DNA of 64,000 nt from Rebecca billardiae RCC1528 (taxonomy: Eukaryota > Protista > Haptophyta): assembly GCA_965240325.2 (NCBI GenBank), contig OZ251236.1, positions 1,612,001 to 1,676,000 on the forward strand, read 5' to 3'. The notes below the pieces were generated by a model. The model made no database searches. It saw only the letters and a list, made by a program, of their open reading frames with translations, and was not told the DNA's origin. The position numbers and the translations under genes were made by a program. Below are positions 24,599 to 36,357 of the stretch, one piece after another. Each line of letters starts with the position of its first letter. Within the stretch, counting starts at the first letter, position 1.

Positions 24599-25609
24599 AT
24601 GCGGCTCTCCGCCGCGCTTCTCGCGCTGCCGGCGCTCGCCGCCGCGCAGGAGCAGTACGCCATCCAGACGATCTTCGACATCGGCGAGCTTCAGACCCCG
24701 GCGGCTGCGTTCCTCGTCGACGAGATGCCTCAGCAGCGCTCGGGCTGCCTGCACAGCCAGTTCGCATCGCTCTCGGCCGCGGTGGACGACATGGTTACGT
24801 CGCTCTTCGCGACGCCCATCTTCTTCATGGAGGAGGCGCGCCCCTCGGCGCACCCGTGCGAGTCGGAGATGCGCGCCACCGGCTGCGACGACGCCTTCTG
24901 CCTCAAGCAGCACCCCGACAGCCTCGGCGACGCGTGCGTCCTCCTGCTGCTCAGCGACATGCTCGACGAGCAGGAGGGTGCGTTCGGCATGCAGGTCTCG
25001 GCTGAGCCCGTCTTCGTGCTCGAGCCCGTCGAGTTCGAGCTCACCTTCTCTCAGGCCGAGCCGCGCGACCAGCCGATGCTGCTCGGCGCGGACGGGCACG
25101 GCCAGCTTGGCTTCATGCGCGCCGCCGCCGACGAGAACTCGGCCGATGCCGACGCCGCCTTCGGCGAGCTGCTGCATGCGATCCACGACGTGATGGGCGA
25201 GGATGGTGGCATGCCGCCGATGATGATGATGGAGCGCGACGGCCCGCCCCACATGATGCACATGCACGCCGAGCCCTCCCACCACCACCAGGCGCATGGC
25301 GCGCAGGAGCGCCCCCTGCAGCAGCACGTGCGCGTCAGCCGCGAGCACGACTTCGCGGAGCCGCTGTGGACGAGCGCGGCGACGCCGACCGAGGCGCACG
25401 CCGCGCACAGCTCCTTCGTGGGCATGCTGCTCATCTTCGTCGCCGCGTGCTGCCTCGTGCGCGCGTGCATCGGCACTCGCGCGGTCGGCCCGTCCGAGCC
25501 GCCGACCGTGGTCATCCTCGAGCCGCTGCAGTCCGGCGCTGTGCCGCCGGTGTACTCGCAGCACGCGCCCGCCGAGCCCAAGCCGGTCTCGGACATCAAG
25601 ATGCTGTGA
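24599..25609 (+). CDS. Type-I membrane protein with a Cys-rich (GLG1 repeat-like) module and a His/Met-rich segment
   Basis: Signal peptide MRLSAALLALPALAAA. Cys module HPCESEMRATGCDDAFCLKQHPDSLGDAC. His/Met tract MMMMERDGPPHMMHMHAEPSHHH. TM FVGMLLIFVAACCLV. Strong coding-type codon usage. Confidence 0.8.
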   Translation: MRLSAALLALPALAAAQEQYAIQTIFDIGELQTPAAAFLVDEMPQQRSGCLHSQFASLSAAVDDMVTSLFATPIFFMEEARPSAHPCESEMRATGCDDAFCLKQHPDSLGDACVLLLLSDMLDEQEGAFGMQVSAEPVFVLEPVEFELTFSQAEPRDQPMLLGADGHGQLGFMRAAADENSADADAAFGELLHAIHDVMGEDGGMPPMMMMERDGPPHMMHMHAEPSHHHQAHGAQERPLQQHVRVSREHDFAEPLWTSAATPTEAHAAHSSFVGMLLIFVAACCLVRACIGTRAVGPSEPPTVVILEPLQSGAVPPVYSQHAPAEPKPVSDIKML

Positions 25610-26186
25610 AGTGTCCACGCACATACCCGCCGCCGGGGCTGTCTCCCGTCGAGCCGCACATCCCAACCCGTGTGCGCATGAGCCGCACTGTCTGCGCAGG
25701 CGGCAGGTCTCGCGTGCGCGCGCTGTCCTGTGTTTGAGCCTGTCTGCGCTCGAGCCCCACGGCCGCCAACTGCGCGCAGCGCAGGGCTCCTCGGCCGACG
25801 ACGTGGTCTGGAGATTGGTTCGAAGGCGCGCACCTGCTCTGGAATGGCCCGGCCGGCGCTGAGTGGCGTGGGAGGAGGCCCTGCGGCTCCGCTGCCGAGG
25901 GGCACAATGACAATGACTCTACTCGGAGTCGAGGCACGGACCGTAGCCCGCGTAGGCAACCCGGGGCACCGGTGCCTGACCCGGTGCACGGGCCTCGCAC
26001 TCGCCGACGGCCCCGCGCCAGAAGCCACCGCGTCACAGGGCTCACAGAGTCTGAAGCCGAGTCATTCTGACGGTGACGACCGTCTGGCTGATGCCGCTGC
26101 ACTGGCAGTGGCAACAGTATACTCTCCCGTCTCCGAGTCCGACTCCGAACTTAGTTAGGCTGCAGACGAGTGCCGACTAACTGCTA

Positions 26187-26704
26187 CAGGCAATCGCGGG
26201 CAATAAGAAGTCAGAGATCTCACGGCTAGCCTCGGTTTCTTAGCCGTTCGGTAGCCCGAGCGCCTACGGAGTCTCAGTTTCTTAGCTAGGTCCGCCCGCC
26301 GCGCAGGCGCGGGGGGCGCAGGGCGGGGCAGAGCCCCCCGGCGCTGCCGTCTTTAGGCCCGGCCGGCGAGGCCGAAGAAAATTTTGGGCCTTTTTGGAGC
26401 AAATCTGGCAGCATGATGTTGCATGGATGCTGCGGTGCACTGGCCAGGAGTCAGTCATCAGGAGAAGTCGGGACTTGGCCTGTACTCGTAGTCGGGCCGC
26501 GCGCCGCGTCCCCGACGGGCCGACTGCGCCTCGCCCTCGTCGGCGGACCACTCGTCAGCCGGGACGACGTAGTCCCGGTTTCTTAGTGTGACTATGCGTA
26601 TAGCGAACCAGCCAATCGCTATAGTCTCAGTTTCTAGGCCAGATCCGCAGATAGCAAGCCCCAGTTTCTTAACGTGACAGCTCCTTATTGCCCGCGATTG
26701 CCTG
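26187..26704 (+). mobile_element. About 520-bp MITE (Tc1/mariner-type, TA TSD), copy 1
   Basis: 21-bp TIR CAGGCAATCGCGGGCAATAAG, TA on both sides, internal GTTTCTTA motifs. Confidence 0.92.
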
Positions 26705-27178
26705 TACGCGTAACACGGTTCATCGGATTTAATATTTTAATAGTGATTAAGCCGCGGTCAACAACCGAGTATTAACTGAACATCGTCATCGGCGGCTGAG
26801 ACTATCATAATCGATATCACTATATATATATATGATACATGCATGGTCCTTTATTATAATATTTAACGGCGTGGACAGCATCGGACAACAATTGAACAAG
26901 CGTCAGGCTCACAGAGTGCCGCAACAGACACTCATACGCCGATACGGAATGCGTCTGCGCCTTGCTTCCGTCCAGGTCAACTACGGGCAGACAGTGGCGC
27001 CACCCGCACGGCCCTGCCCCCCTACGGGAGCGGGGCCGGGGTGGAGCACCGCCTCGGCCTGGGGCACGCGGCGGCGACGGCAGATGCCGCCGCTGCCGAG
27101 CGCCTTCCCGAGCACTACTACATGGTCCGATGAACTAGCAGCTGGCGGTTTCACGCGGTAGTGACTAGTGAACTCGTA

Positions 27179-27692
27179 CAGGCAATCGCGGGCAATAAGA
27201 AGTCAGAGATCTCACGGCTAGCCTCGGTTTCTTAGCCGTCCGGTAGCCCGAGCGCCTACGGAGTCTCAGTTTCTTAGCTAGGTCCGCCCGCCGCGCAGGC
27301 GCGGGGGGCGCAGGGGGGCAGAGCCCCCCGCTGAGTCTTTAGGCCCGGCCGGCGAGGCCGAAGAAAATTTTGGGCCTTTTTGGAGCAAATCTGGCATGAT
27401 GTTGCATGGATGCTGCGGTGCACTGGCCAGGAGTCAGTCATCAGGAGAAGTCGGGACTTGGCCTGTACTCGTAGTCGGGCCGCGCGCCGCGTCCCCGACG
27501 GGCCGACTGCGCCTCGCCCTCGTCGGTGGACCACTCGTCAGCCGGGACGACGTAGTCCCGGTTTCTTAGTGTGACTATGCGTATAGCGAACCAGCCAATC
27601 GCTATAGTCTCAGTTTCTAGGCCAGATCCGCAGATAGCAAGCCCCATCAGTTTCTTAACGTGACAGCTCCTTATATTGCCCGCGATTGCCTG
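27179..27692 (+). mobile_element. About 520-bp MITE, copy 2
   Basis: Near-identical to copy 1 with small indels; same TIRs. Confidence 0.92.
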
Positions 27693-28055
27693 TCATAGTG
27701 TACTCAGCCGACTAGACCTTACATGAGTGGCCGCCATGTACGATTACTATATACAGACTGTCATTATATATATAGCAATTCTGTCGCGTCAATAAGTCAT
27801 TGAGACCGAGTGATATACTGACGATAGGCGGGCGGCCGCCGGTGGCGGACCGTCACTCACGTCAATCTGCGGAGACGGTCCGAGTCGGGCACGACCGCGC
27901 GCGTAGTCGCCGCCATGATACACGCGTCGACCGGGCGCCGTCGATGCGACGCCGTAGCGGCAGCGTCGGCCGTGATACGCCCGAAGCAGTTAGCAGAGAG
28001 TACTCGGTACGGCGGCGCATCAATGCTGGCACGAGGACGAGGGAGGGCGGCGCTG

Positions 28056-29891
28056 TCACGGGCTATAGGTATGCCCGATGAAGATATCGGGGGTGAAGGT
28101 GGCGCCACGCAGCCCAAGCTGAGAGTACACGTACTGCATGTACGCTCCTTGCAGCAGCACAAGTGCCTCGTAGGACACGACGACCACCTCGGCCGGAGCA
28201 GCCAGGCGTGCGAGCGCGTGGGCGAGCAGCTCCTTCGCGTGATCCATCTCGAGCTGCGCCGTCTCCGGGTCGTCGCAGTGCGGCTTCCTCGCGGGCTCGG
28301 AGCTGTTTGCTCCCACGCGCCGCAGCTTGCCACTCATCGCTGCGCCCTCGTCGCGCATCACGAGCACAGCCGTCACGTTTGCTCCGGGCCACCGCGCCTG
28401 CAACACTCGCACGTGCGACGTGACGTTCACAAACATGCGACTGAGCGACGGCAGGCTGCCGTCCGGCTCTGCGCGCAGCGCGTCGATTGTTGGCGCGAGC
28501 ACACGGGCGCCCCGCCGACAAGCCCCTCTCCAAGGGAGAGAGATGTGCTGCACGAGCGTGCGCCCATCAGAAACCATCGCTTGCCCATCCCACTCGTCGA
28601 AGCCCACCACGCCGGCCGCCTGCGCGAGCGTGCGCGCGACGAGCTTGGTGCCACTGCTCTCAGAGCCGAAGACCGAGAAGACTCGAACGGGCTCGAGCTC
28701 GGCCCGCTGGCGCTTGAAAGGCTGCACCACCCACACCAGCTTCCAGAAGGCGTGCCCTGCGAGCGTGCCGGACGTGCCCCGAATCCACGCCCAATCGTCC
28801 TGTGGCTTCGTGCTGGCACCGGCGGGCGGCCGTGCTGCCCGCAGCGGCGGCCGGGTGGCATATTGGCGCAGGCCGCGAGCGCTTGACGCGCGCGCCTGCG
28901 GCGCCTGCCCGCAGTCAAAGAGTGGCGCGTCGACCACATGAATCGCATACGCGGTGAGGTTGCGCGGCAGGTTCTCCTCCGCGCCTGCGCCCTCCAGCCC
29001 CATCCCGTGCTGATGGCGCCGTGAGTGCACCGCCAGCGACGGCAATCGGCCCACGGTGACGAGCGCGAGGCATTGCACGCCGCGGCGCGCGAGGTGGAAG
29101 GTGTGCGCTGTCTCGCTGTGGAACGGCTTTGGGTCGGGATCAGGGTGCCGCCACGGGCACGCGTCCAGCCCGTCGTACCCGCAGCCGCACTCCGTCTCGT
29201 GCCTCCAGTGCCGGGGTCCGTCCCAGCCTGAATCCGCGCAGCCCTTGCGCGGGCGCGCGCGCTGCTCGTAGCTGGCCACATCCCCCGGGGGCAGCACATG
29301 GCGCCAGCTCCTGGCGGCGCCGATCCCTGGGCAGCTGTCCGCTGACAGCGGCCAGCCCAAGTACACGCCGCACGTCTCCGCGAACATGTCCCCGTACGCG
29401 GCGCGGAAGCTGTCGGCTCGGGCTGCGAATGCGCGATCGGACCACGCGAGCACGACCGCCGTGTCGGGCGTGCGATGGCCGAGCCAGAGCGCGAGCTGCT
29501 CAGGCCGCGGCGGCGGCGACTGCAGGTCCACGCGCCAGCGTACGACGAAGTCAAACACATCGAGTGCAAAGTGGCGCAGCGCCAGGTCGAGGAAGAACCA
29601 CTGCAGCGCACTCGTTGGACACGCCGCGAGCACGCCGCTCTGTAGAGCGGTAGGCGCGACGAGCACGACCCGCTCGCGGCGTTGAGCCAGCTTTTGCGCG
29701 ACGAACACTTCGGCCGCGTACGTGGCGACGTGCGGGTTCATGCCCTCGAGCGCCGCACGCGCCTGAGTCAGGTGCTCCTCGGATGCGATCTGTAGCGAGC
29801 CAGTGAGGAGCGTGGCGACAGAGAGGGACGGCTGCGCGGTGCTGCCCAGCGCGCAAGCGAGCGCCAGCACGAGACATGCAGTGGAGCACAT
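28056..29891 (-). CDS. Secretory-pathway protein: N-terminal glycosyltransferase-like domain plus C-terminal sulfotransferase domain
   Basis: Signal peptide MCSTACLVLALACALG (ATG 29891). GT-like motifs LLTGSLQ..QW..FDFVVRWRVDL..WSDRAF. 5'-PSB-like VFGSESSGTKLV, LVMRD and VSYEAL. Confidence 0.7.
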   Translation of the reverse strand: MCSTACLVLALACALGSTAQPSLSVATLLTGSLQIASEEHLTQARAALEGMNPHVATYAAEVFVAQKLAQRRERVVLVAPTALQSGVLAACPTSALQWFFLDLALRHFALDVFDFVVRWRVDLQSPPPRPEQLALWLGHRTPDTAVVLAWSDRAFAARADSFRAAYGDMFAETCGVYLGWPLSADSCPGIGAARSWRHVLPPGDVASYEQRARPRKGCADSGWDGPRHWRHETECGCGYDGLDACPWRHPDPDPKPFHSETAHTFHLARRGVQCLALVTVGRLPSLAVHSRRHQHGMGLEGAGAEENLPRNLTAYAIHVVDAPLFDCGQAPQARASSARGLRQYATRPPLRAARPPAGASTKPQDDWAWIRGTSGTLAGHAFWKLVWVVQPFKRQRAELEPVRVFSVFGSESSGTKLVARTLAQAAGVVGFDEWDGQAMVSDGRTLVQHISLPWRGACRRGARVLAPTIDALRAEPDGSLPSLSRMFVNVTSHVRVLQARWPGANVTAVLVMRDEGAAMSGKLRRVGANSSEPARKPHCDDPETAQLEMDHAKELLAHALARLAAPAEVVVVSYEALVLLQGAYMQYVYSQLGLRGATFTPDIFIGHTYSP

Positions 29892-29958
29892 TGGTGGGCT
29901 CGGGCAAGCGCGCCGGGCGGGGCCGGCGGGACGGCCATGCGCCGCTGGACGACTGCTA

Positions 29959-30069
29959 CAGTTTACTAAGAATAAGAGACGCACGACACAGCTAACCCGA
30001 CTGTCAATCTCGCCTGCCTGAGCTGTACATGTGCGTCGCTTATTCTTATTATATAAAATTAGTAAACTG
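29959..30069. mobile_element. Two-armed (hairpin) copy of the family-A short element
   Basis: Partial forward arm at 29959-29993 and inverted arm at 30003-30069; TA at both ends. Confidence 0.75.
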
Positions 30070-30131
30070 TACAGTTGACTATGTTTTACTATGTTTTAAC
30101 GTGCATACACTTGGTTAAGGCGTGATTGAAA
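30070..30131 (+). mobile_element. Family-B short element (TACAGTTTACTATGTTTTAACGTGCACACTTGGTTAAGGCGTGAT)
   Basis: Matches 47126-47178 and 49886-49924. The consensus shares its first 12 nt with family A. Confidence 0.7.
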
Positions 30132-30461
30132 GGGTGTCGCGCGCCCACAGTGAAATCTATAATATATGATGATGAATATATACTACTCGTCCGGAATCTT
30201 ATTCATCGTAGTAGTCACTACACTGAGTACAGTATCACAGTGCTCACTCAGCCCGAATCCGCGTCGGCGGCGCCCAGTCATTCAGTCGTCGTCCGATCGG
30301 CGTAGCCGCTATTACAGAGTACGTAAAGTACTCTGCATGTTACTACTACTACTACTGATTTAAACAGTGCGACTTGGCATCTGATGTGATCTGTAGTGAC
30401 ATATCGGTCATGCGATGATGCTCCATCCGGGCTGTCGACGCCGCGCGCGCACTGGCGCGAG

Positions 30462-33154
30462 CTATGCGCCGCCGTCGAGGTAGCGCTTGCACACGTACCG
30501 CGCCTCCCAGTCGTGGCACGGGTGGTCGACCCAGGTGCCCGTCTGCACGACCGCGCAGTCGATGTGCGGGTAGCCCACGAAGACGCGGTTGTCCGGGTGG
30601 CCGCGCCGCCAGCGGCGGTACGCGCTGCCCTTGAGCCGCGCGTCCGCCCACTCCCACCCGCCCGCGGGCTCCTCCGCGCCCGGGCTCTGGAACAGCCCGA
30701 TCAGGACCTGGCCCACGAAGAAGCCAGCGAGGCACTCGTGCAGCTTGTGCTCGGCCTCGTCGCCGATCGAGGAGAGGAACGCGCCGTCGTGCGCGGCGCA
30801 CGCCGCGGCGGCGTCGCCCGCGACGAGCGGCGGCCCGCGCGCCGCCGTGTTGTCGCCGAGCAGCGCGTACGCCGCGCGCCCGCCGCGGCCCTCGTACACG
30901 TGCCAGCCGCGCTCGTCGCGCGGCAGCGCGTCGAGGAAGCGCGCGCACGCGCGGCACGCGCGCTGGCCGCGCGCGGTGAGGCCGAGGCACGCCGCGACGA
31001 GCAGCACGCTCCACAGGGCGTACGCGGCGCACATCGCGCGCAGCCGGCGCGTGCGGGGCGCGCCCAGCTTGGACGCACCCGCCGCCGCGTGCCGCGGCGG
31101 ATGCGCCTCCTCGATGGCCGGGACGACGCGAGCGCGCCGCGGCGCCGCGGCGGACGGCGGGGGCGGGGGCGCGCCGCGCCACGTGAAGGGCACGTGGACG
31201 ACGGCATGCGCCGGCTCGAGCCCGGCGGTCACGTCGTCGGAGTCGACGGCCGGCGGCGACGGCGGCGGCACCGCCCGCGGAGGCACCTGCGGCGGCGGGC
31301 GCGGCGCCGCCGCCTCCGCGCCCGCCGACGCGACCCCGTGAGGGGTGCCGCCGCTGGCGGCGCGCTCGAGCCCGCCCTCGGGCGCGCCGCCGGCGAGCTC
31401 GGCAGTGGCGGCGCCCAGCGCGGTGCTCGCCACGCGGCGCAGCGTGCCGCGGATCGCCTCGTTGAACGCCGCGCGGTCCGAGTGGCCCGCGGTCACCTCG
31501 ACGCACGACAGCAGCCACTGCCGGTCGAGCTCCCAGAAGCACGACGTCTGCGCCACGTCGAACGCGTCGAGCGAGTCCGGGGAGAATCCGGGCAGGAGGC
31601 AGCCGTCGATGCGCCGCGCGCCGCCGCCGACGTACTCGTGCGTGACCAGCTCGACCACGCACCACAGCCGCTGCGCGAAGGTGGGGCCCAGCAGCATCAG
31701 CAGCCGCTCGCAGCCGGCAATGTACACGGGCAGACACAGGATGTCCTCGGCCGACGCGTTGCTGTTGTCGTCCGCGGGCAGCAGGCAGTGCCGGTCGATC
31801 CAGAGGGTGGGCTCGCGGCCGTTCTCGGCGAAGAATCGGTCGCGCCACGCCTGCAGCTGCGCCCACTTGTGCGCCGGGGGGTCCTGCGTCGAGTGGGTCA
31901 CAAAGGCTGACAGCGGCGGCGGCGGCGGCGGGCGGGGCGAGGGCGGCGCGGCGCGGTGGCGCGGTGCGCTTGTCAGCGTGCTTGTCAGCCCGGCGGCGCA
32001 CAGCCCCAGCCCCCGCGCGCGCAGCGGGCAGCGCGTAAGCGAGCCCTCCGCCTGCCAGTGGGGCCTCGCGCGCGCCGCGCGCGCGCGCGCGCACCATCGA
32101 TCCCGCCGAGCTCCGCCGGGATCGTGCGCGCGTACATCGCGCGCTCCGCGTCCGCGTCGGCCGCGCTGAACACCGTCGGCTCGAGCTGGTCGAAGCGCAC
32201 GGCGCGGAAGCGGCGCGTCGCGTCGCGCACGAGCTCGTCGACCTCGCAGCCGCCCATCAGCGTGCCGATCCCCGCGGCGGCGGCGACGGCGGGGCTGCGC
32301 GAGACCAGGCAGCCGAGCACGCGCTCGCGCACGCGAGGCACGAGGCACGCCGTCCCCACGACGATCAGCGCGCCGATCCGCACGAGCCACAGCTGGCCCA
32401 TCTCCTCGGCCACGGGGAAGGAGGGCCAGACGAGGTGGAGCATGATCACGTTGAAGGACTGGTTCAGCGCGAGCGCGAGGTAGGTCGCGCCGATCCCGTC
32501 CCACAGCCGCTCGAGCAGCCCGCGCATCGTCACGCGCTGCGCCGCCGCCGCCGCGTCGCCGCCGCCGCGCGGCCCGGAGGCGTGCGCGCCGGCGAGCCCC
32601 GCGAGCAGGTAGACGCCGAGCGCGCACCACACAGCGATGGGCGTGAGCCCGAGGGCGAGGAGGAACATAGTGTACACGCCGCCGCACGTCTGCGCCTGCA
32701 CCGCGCCGAAGCGCTGCAGCCCGCGGCTCAGCTGGCGGGCGCTCGCGATTAGCGGACCGGCGACGGCGATCGTGACGATGACGACGGCGATGGTCACGCG
32801 GTCGGACGGGCGCATGCCGAGGAAGAATATGGGCAGTCCGACGCTGGCGAAGGTGGCGCTGGCGTGGGTGAACAGCGTGTCCTCCACGCGCCCCACGCTC
32901 CACCAGTACCCGATCTGGAACGTGCCCGTCGCGAGCATCAGCGAGCCGATCGCGAACGGAGGGACGGACGTGCGCAGGCGGTAGCGCCGCCCCGCGCGCT
33001 TCGCCTCGAGGAGCTTGCCGCGCAAGAAGTCGAGCTGCGCGGGGCGCGACAAAGCCACCGCGAGAGCGTCGTCCGCAACCGGCGACGAGGGCATCATCGT
33101 GTGGTGGTGGGGCCCCCCTGGTGGTCTCGTACGACGACTGATACTCCTACTCAT
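30462..33154 (-). CDS. About 6-TM protein with TIR/HET-like domain, extra TM and C-terminal C-type lectin domain; exons 33154 (or 33097)-32095 and 31906-30462
   Basis: A GT-AG intron (32094-31907) joins GGID|AFVTHSTQD. Then KW..L..W..F...GREPTLWID..C, CLPVYIAGCERLLMLLG and RLWCVVE. TM YALWSVLLVAACLGL. CTLD AAAAC..LSSI....E..IGL..WEW..W..GHPDN..DC..WVDHPC..YVC. Confidence 0.82.
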
Positions 33155-33245
33155 TCTATGATTCGGAACGACACAGGTAGGACGGCGCAGGTCTCCTGAC
33201 GTACTGTGCCATTTTAAAACTTATTTGCATCGATTCTCTGAGTTC

Positions 33246-33294
33246 TACAGTTTACTATGAATAAGAGACGCACACAGCTCAGGCAGGCGAGATT
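33246..33294 (+). mobile_element. Family-A short element (solo arm)
   Basis: One mismatch to the family-A consensus. Confidence 0.8.
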
Positions 33295-33312
33295 ATGGTA
33301 TCCATAATAAAC

Positions 33313-33441
33313 CAACGTTGAGAATCATTCGTCACCGGTTGTCGCGGGAACTGATTCGAAACTCGAAGTGGTATATTGTGAGTCAACGTTGAGAATCATT
33401 CGTCACCGGTTGTCGCGGGAACTGATTCGAAACTCGAAGTG
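33313..33441 (+). repeat. Perfect 58-bp direct repeat, 2 copies, 13-bp spacer
   Basis: CAACGTTGAGAATC...CTCGAAGTG at 33313-33370 and 33384-33441. Confidence 0.95.
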
Positions 33442-34550
33442 AGTACTTCGCCATCAATTCGCCATCAGTCGCGGATAATACCCCCATAACTCTGATATGA
33501 ATAACCCGAGAGAACAATCAGGAAAACTTCCAGACTGCTTCGCAGTTCGCACTGGCGGGCGCGCGTCCAAGCCCGTCGCAGGGGTGCCCGTCGCAGGTCT
33601 GTATGCTCATGCAGATAGTTCTGACGCCCCTGCTCACCACCCACCTGTCCACCGGGGCACATATCTTATGCTCAAAACCGCACGCGGCCTCGCGACGTGC
33701 TGCGCCAGCGAGCGACGCGGTTGGCGCGCCCCGCGGCGCGGCGGCGTCAGACGCCACGCGCGAGGCTGGCGGCACCACCCGCGTGCGCGCGGACGCGCCG
33801 GCTCGGGCGACGCGCGCCGCCTCAGCTCGAGCACGAGCGCGAGCGCGCGGCGCCGGCTCGGTAGTCTGTGGCGGCGGAGTGCTCGAGCTACACTGCGCGC
33901 GGCGCCGAGCGGCTTGCGTGCGGTGCCAGCGGAGGAGCACTTGTCGATCAGAGGGTGAGACTGTCGTAGTCGATGTCGCCGCCCGCCGACCTAGCGGCGA
34001 GCACGGAGCAGCTGCGGGAGGTGCCAGTGTGAGACAGCCAGCGGCTGTCGCCCCTCACGGGCCCGTGCTGTGGGCGCCCGCGTGGGGCGCCTGCGGATGA
34101 GGATGACGGGTCGTAGTAGTGCGTCGCCGCGTGCCGGCCAAGCGGCGCGCCGCGCGCAGCTGCAGAAGAGGGGCTTGGACAGTGTCAGCGCGCCGCCTAG
34201 TGCGCTCTACTGGGCGATGAAGCGTCAGATGAGGTTAGTAGTCGACGTCGCAGCCCGGCGCGCCGGCAGGCTGCTGCAGATCAGCAGTGCTTCGGATGCT
34301 GGGGAACCTGCGGCCCCTGTGCTCGTCCTATTACTCCCGCACCGCCATATGCCCCGTTCTAGCTAGGGTGGAGCAATAAGGGGCACGGAGGAGGCCAGCG
34401 CCAAGGGCCAGATAGGTGCAACGGCGTCCCGACCTGCTGCAACGCCCCCAATGAGGCGATGCTATAAGCCTGCGGCGCGGCTGGCTGGACGCGGACTAAC
34501 TGAAAGAGGGTGCCCGAGTGCCTACTTCCCGGACCCGCTGCGTGTACTTG

Positions 34551-34598
34551 TACAGTTTACTAAGAATAAGAGACGCACACAGCTCAGGCAGGCGAGAT
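34551..34598 (+). mobile_element. Family-A short element (solo arm)
   Basis: Exact consensus match. Confidence 0.8.
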
Positions 34599-34746
34599 AG
34601 AGCTGTTGATCTCCACATGCACCGCTAGAAGAATGCGGGAAGAATATCAGCTGCTGCTAGTATTATAATAATTAGCTGGCAGGTGCCAATATTTCAGTGA
34701 TGATATGGCTGAAACTCAATTAATACTAACACCGTTGGAGGGCCTG

Positions 34747-34799
34747 TACAGTTTACTAAGAATAAGAGACGCGCACAGCTCAGGCAGGCGAGATTGACG
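34747..34799 (+). mobile_element. Family-A short element (solo arm)
   Basis: One mismatch to consensus. Confidence 0.8.
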
Positions 34800-36357
34800 G
34801 CCCGCACCCACGCGGAAGTGTACTTCTGCGCATCGGTGAGCGGCCGCCGCCATGCGCGGCGATGCCGATGTAATGTCGCGGCATGCGCGCCGGACGCGGC
34901 CGGCCTGGCCGCGGTCCGGCCGTCGCAGCACTCGCTGGTGACGCTGCACGCAGGCCATCTAATGGCGGCGCTGCCTACCAGGACTGACTCATGTAAATCA
35001 TCTGCCTTTTTTAGTATCGGGCTGGGCTGTAGGCCCGCCCCTGTTGCCTGACTCGGATTCTATCATGAGTGTCCGTTTGACGACACGAAGTGACACAAAG
35101 TCGGCGTTGGAATGGCAGAGCACTGGTAACGGCTCCGCCTGCACCGGAATCGAAACAGGTTGAATAGCTCTGAGGGCGACTTAGGCTGCCCGGGATAAAA
35201 GAACCGTAACATTTAACAAATATTAGTTAAACTATGCAAATAATTAACTGAACTTCGGCACTGAATCGCTGCTGTCACTCACGCTGCCACGGGCCGGGCT
35301 GTCGGTAGCTCCTACTCCAAGTGGTCCGGAAGGCTTTGTCCGTTTGCGGCTACAAGTATCTCCCTTGCTTTGTCGCAGCCTCGCAGGTCCAGTACTCCGA
35401 TAGTACAGCCGCCGTACTATCGGAGAGTACTGGAACGGCGCTGCATGTCGCGCGCGCACCGAACCGCAACCGACCGGTCGAGCACATGACAGAGTTGACA
35501 CCGAGATTCCCGAGACCGCCGGTTTTCGCCCGATTCGCAATTGCCCACCTCGTCCGGTCGCGCGTGCAGGTCGAACGTACTGTGACGTAGGTCGTAGCCG
35601 ACTGATAACACATTAACGCTGATTTCTGTGAACCGTGTGACCGATCAGGGCGGAGGTACGGGCCGCCGTCAGCACCGACAAGTTTCGGTGCTGATGTGAC
35701 TTGGGTGGTCCTCGTCAGCCTTGCACGACGAGCGCTCACACTGGCCACCACACCACGCGCTGCACACGACCGTGGCCTCGCGCGAACCCCTGGCGCGCGC
35801 ACAGCCCACGCGTGAAGCCGCGTGAAGCGATGAGTGTCAGTGTGCGATGGCGGGGAGCAACACGGAAGTTGCGAAGAGAAAGGACCGCCATCATCAAATA
35901 CCTATGATCCTTTGGTTGCGAACCGACATCAGCAGGCTGATGTGGTTAGCCCCGGGACTGGAGGACGGCCTGATGAATCATCATCAGTTAAAATTCCCCA
36001 CCCAACCTCACCACTGACCGAGACACCAAGTGCCTTGTTTGGGAGTATTAATTACGCGCCTACTGATATTGGTCCGGGCGTGACGGCGGGGGTTTCATAT
36101 GACGAAGTTTCCTCAGTTTGATGCTCATTTTCAGTTTTCACACCCTTTTCAGGGTTCTTGTCGGCAGTTATGAATACGCCGCCGGTTGGCGGGCAGCACG
36201 GAGCTCGAACGCCAAACTGAAATAAACGATCCGCATCAATCGGCGCGCACGGTGCGAATCGTCCACGCAGCTGCGCACGAGCCACGACTCCCCCACGCTC
36301 ACGAGCGCAGTCGCCTGGCGCCGGCGGGGTGGCGCGCACGCCTGAGCCGGCCGTGGC

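Noticed and set aside
33313-33441. Mini-CRISPR or LTR pair
   Set aside because: Only two copies with a 13-bp spacer; no TG..CA ends or internal region.
33465-36170. Short ORFs and a hairpin (35670-35693) between the TIR-like genes
   Set aside because: No recognisable domain, coding bias or element termini; probably decayed repeat DNA.
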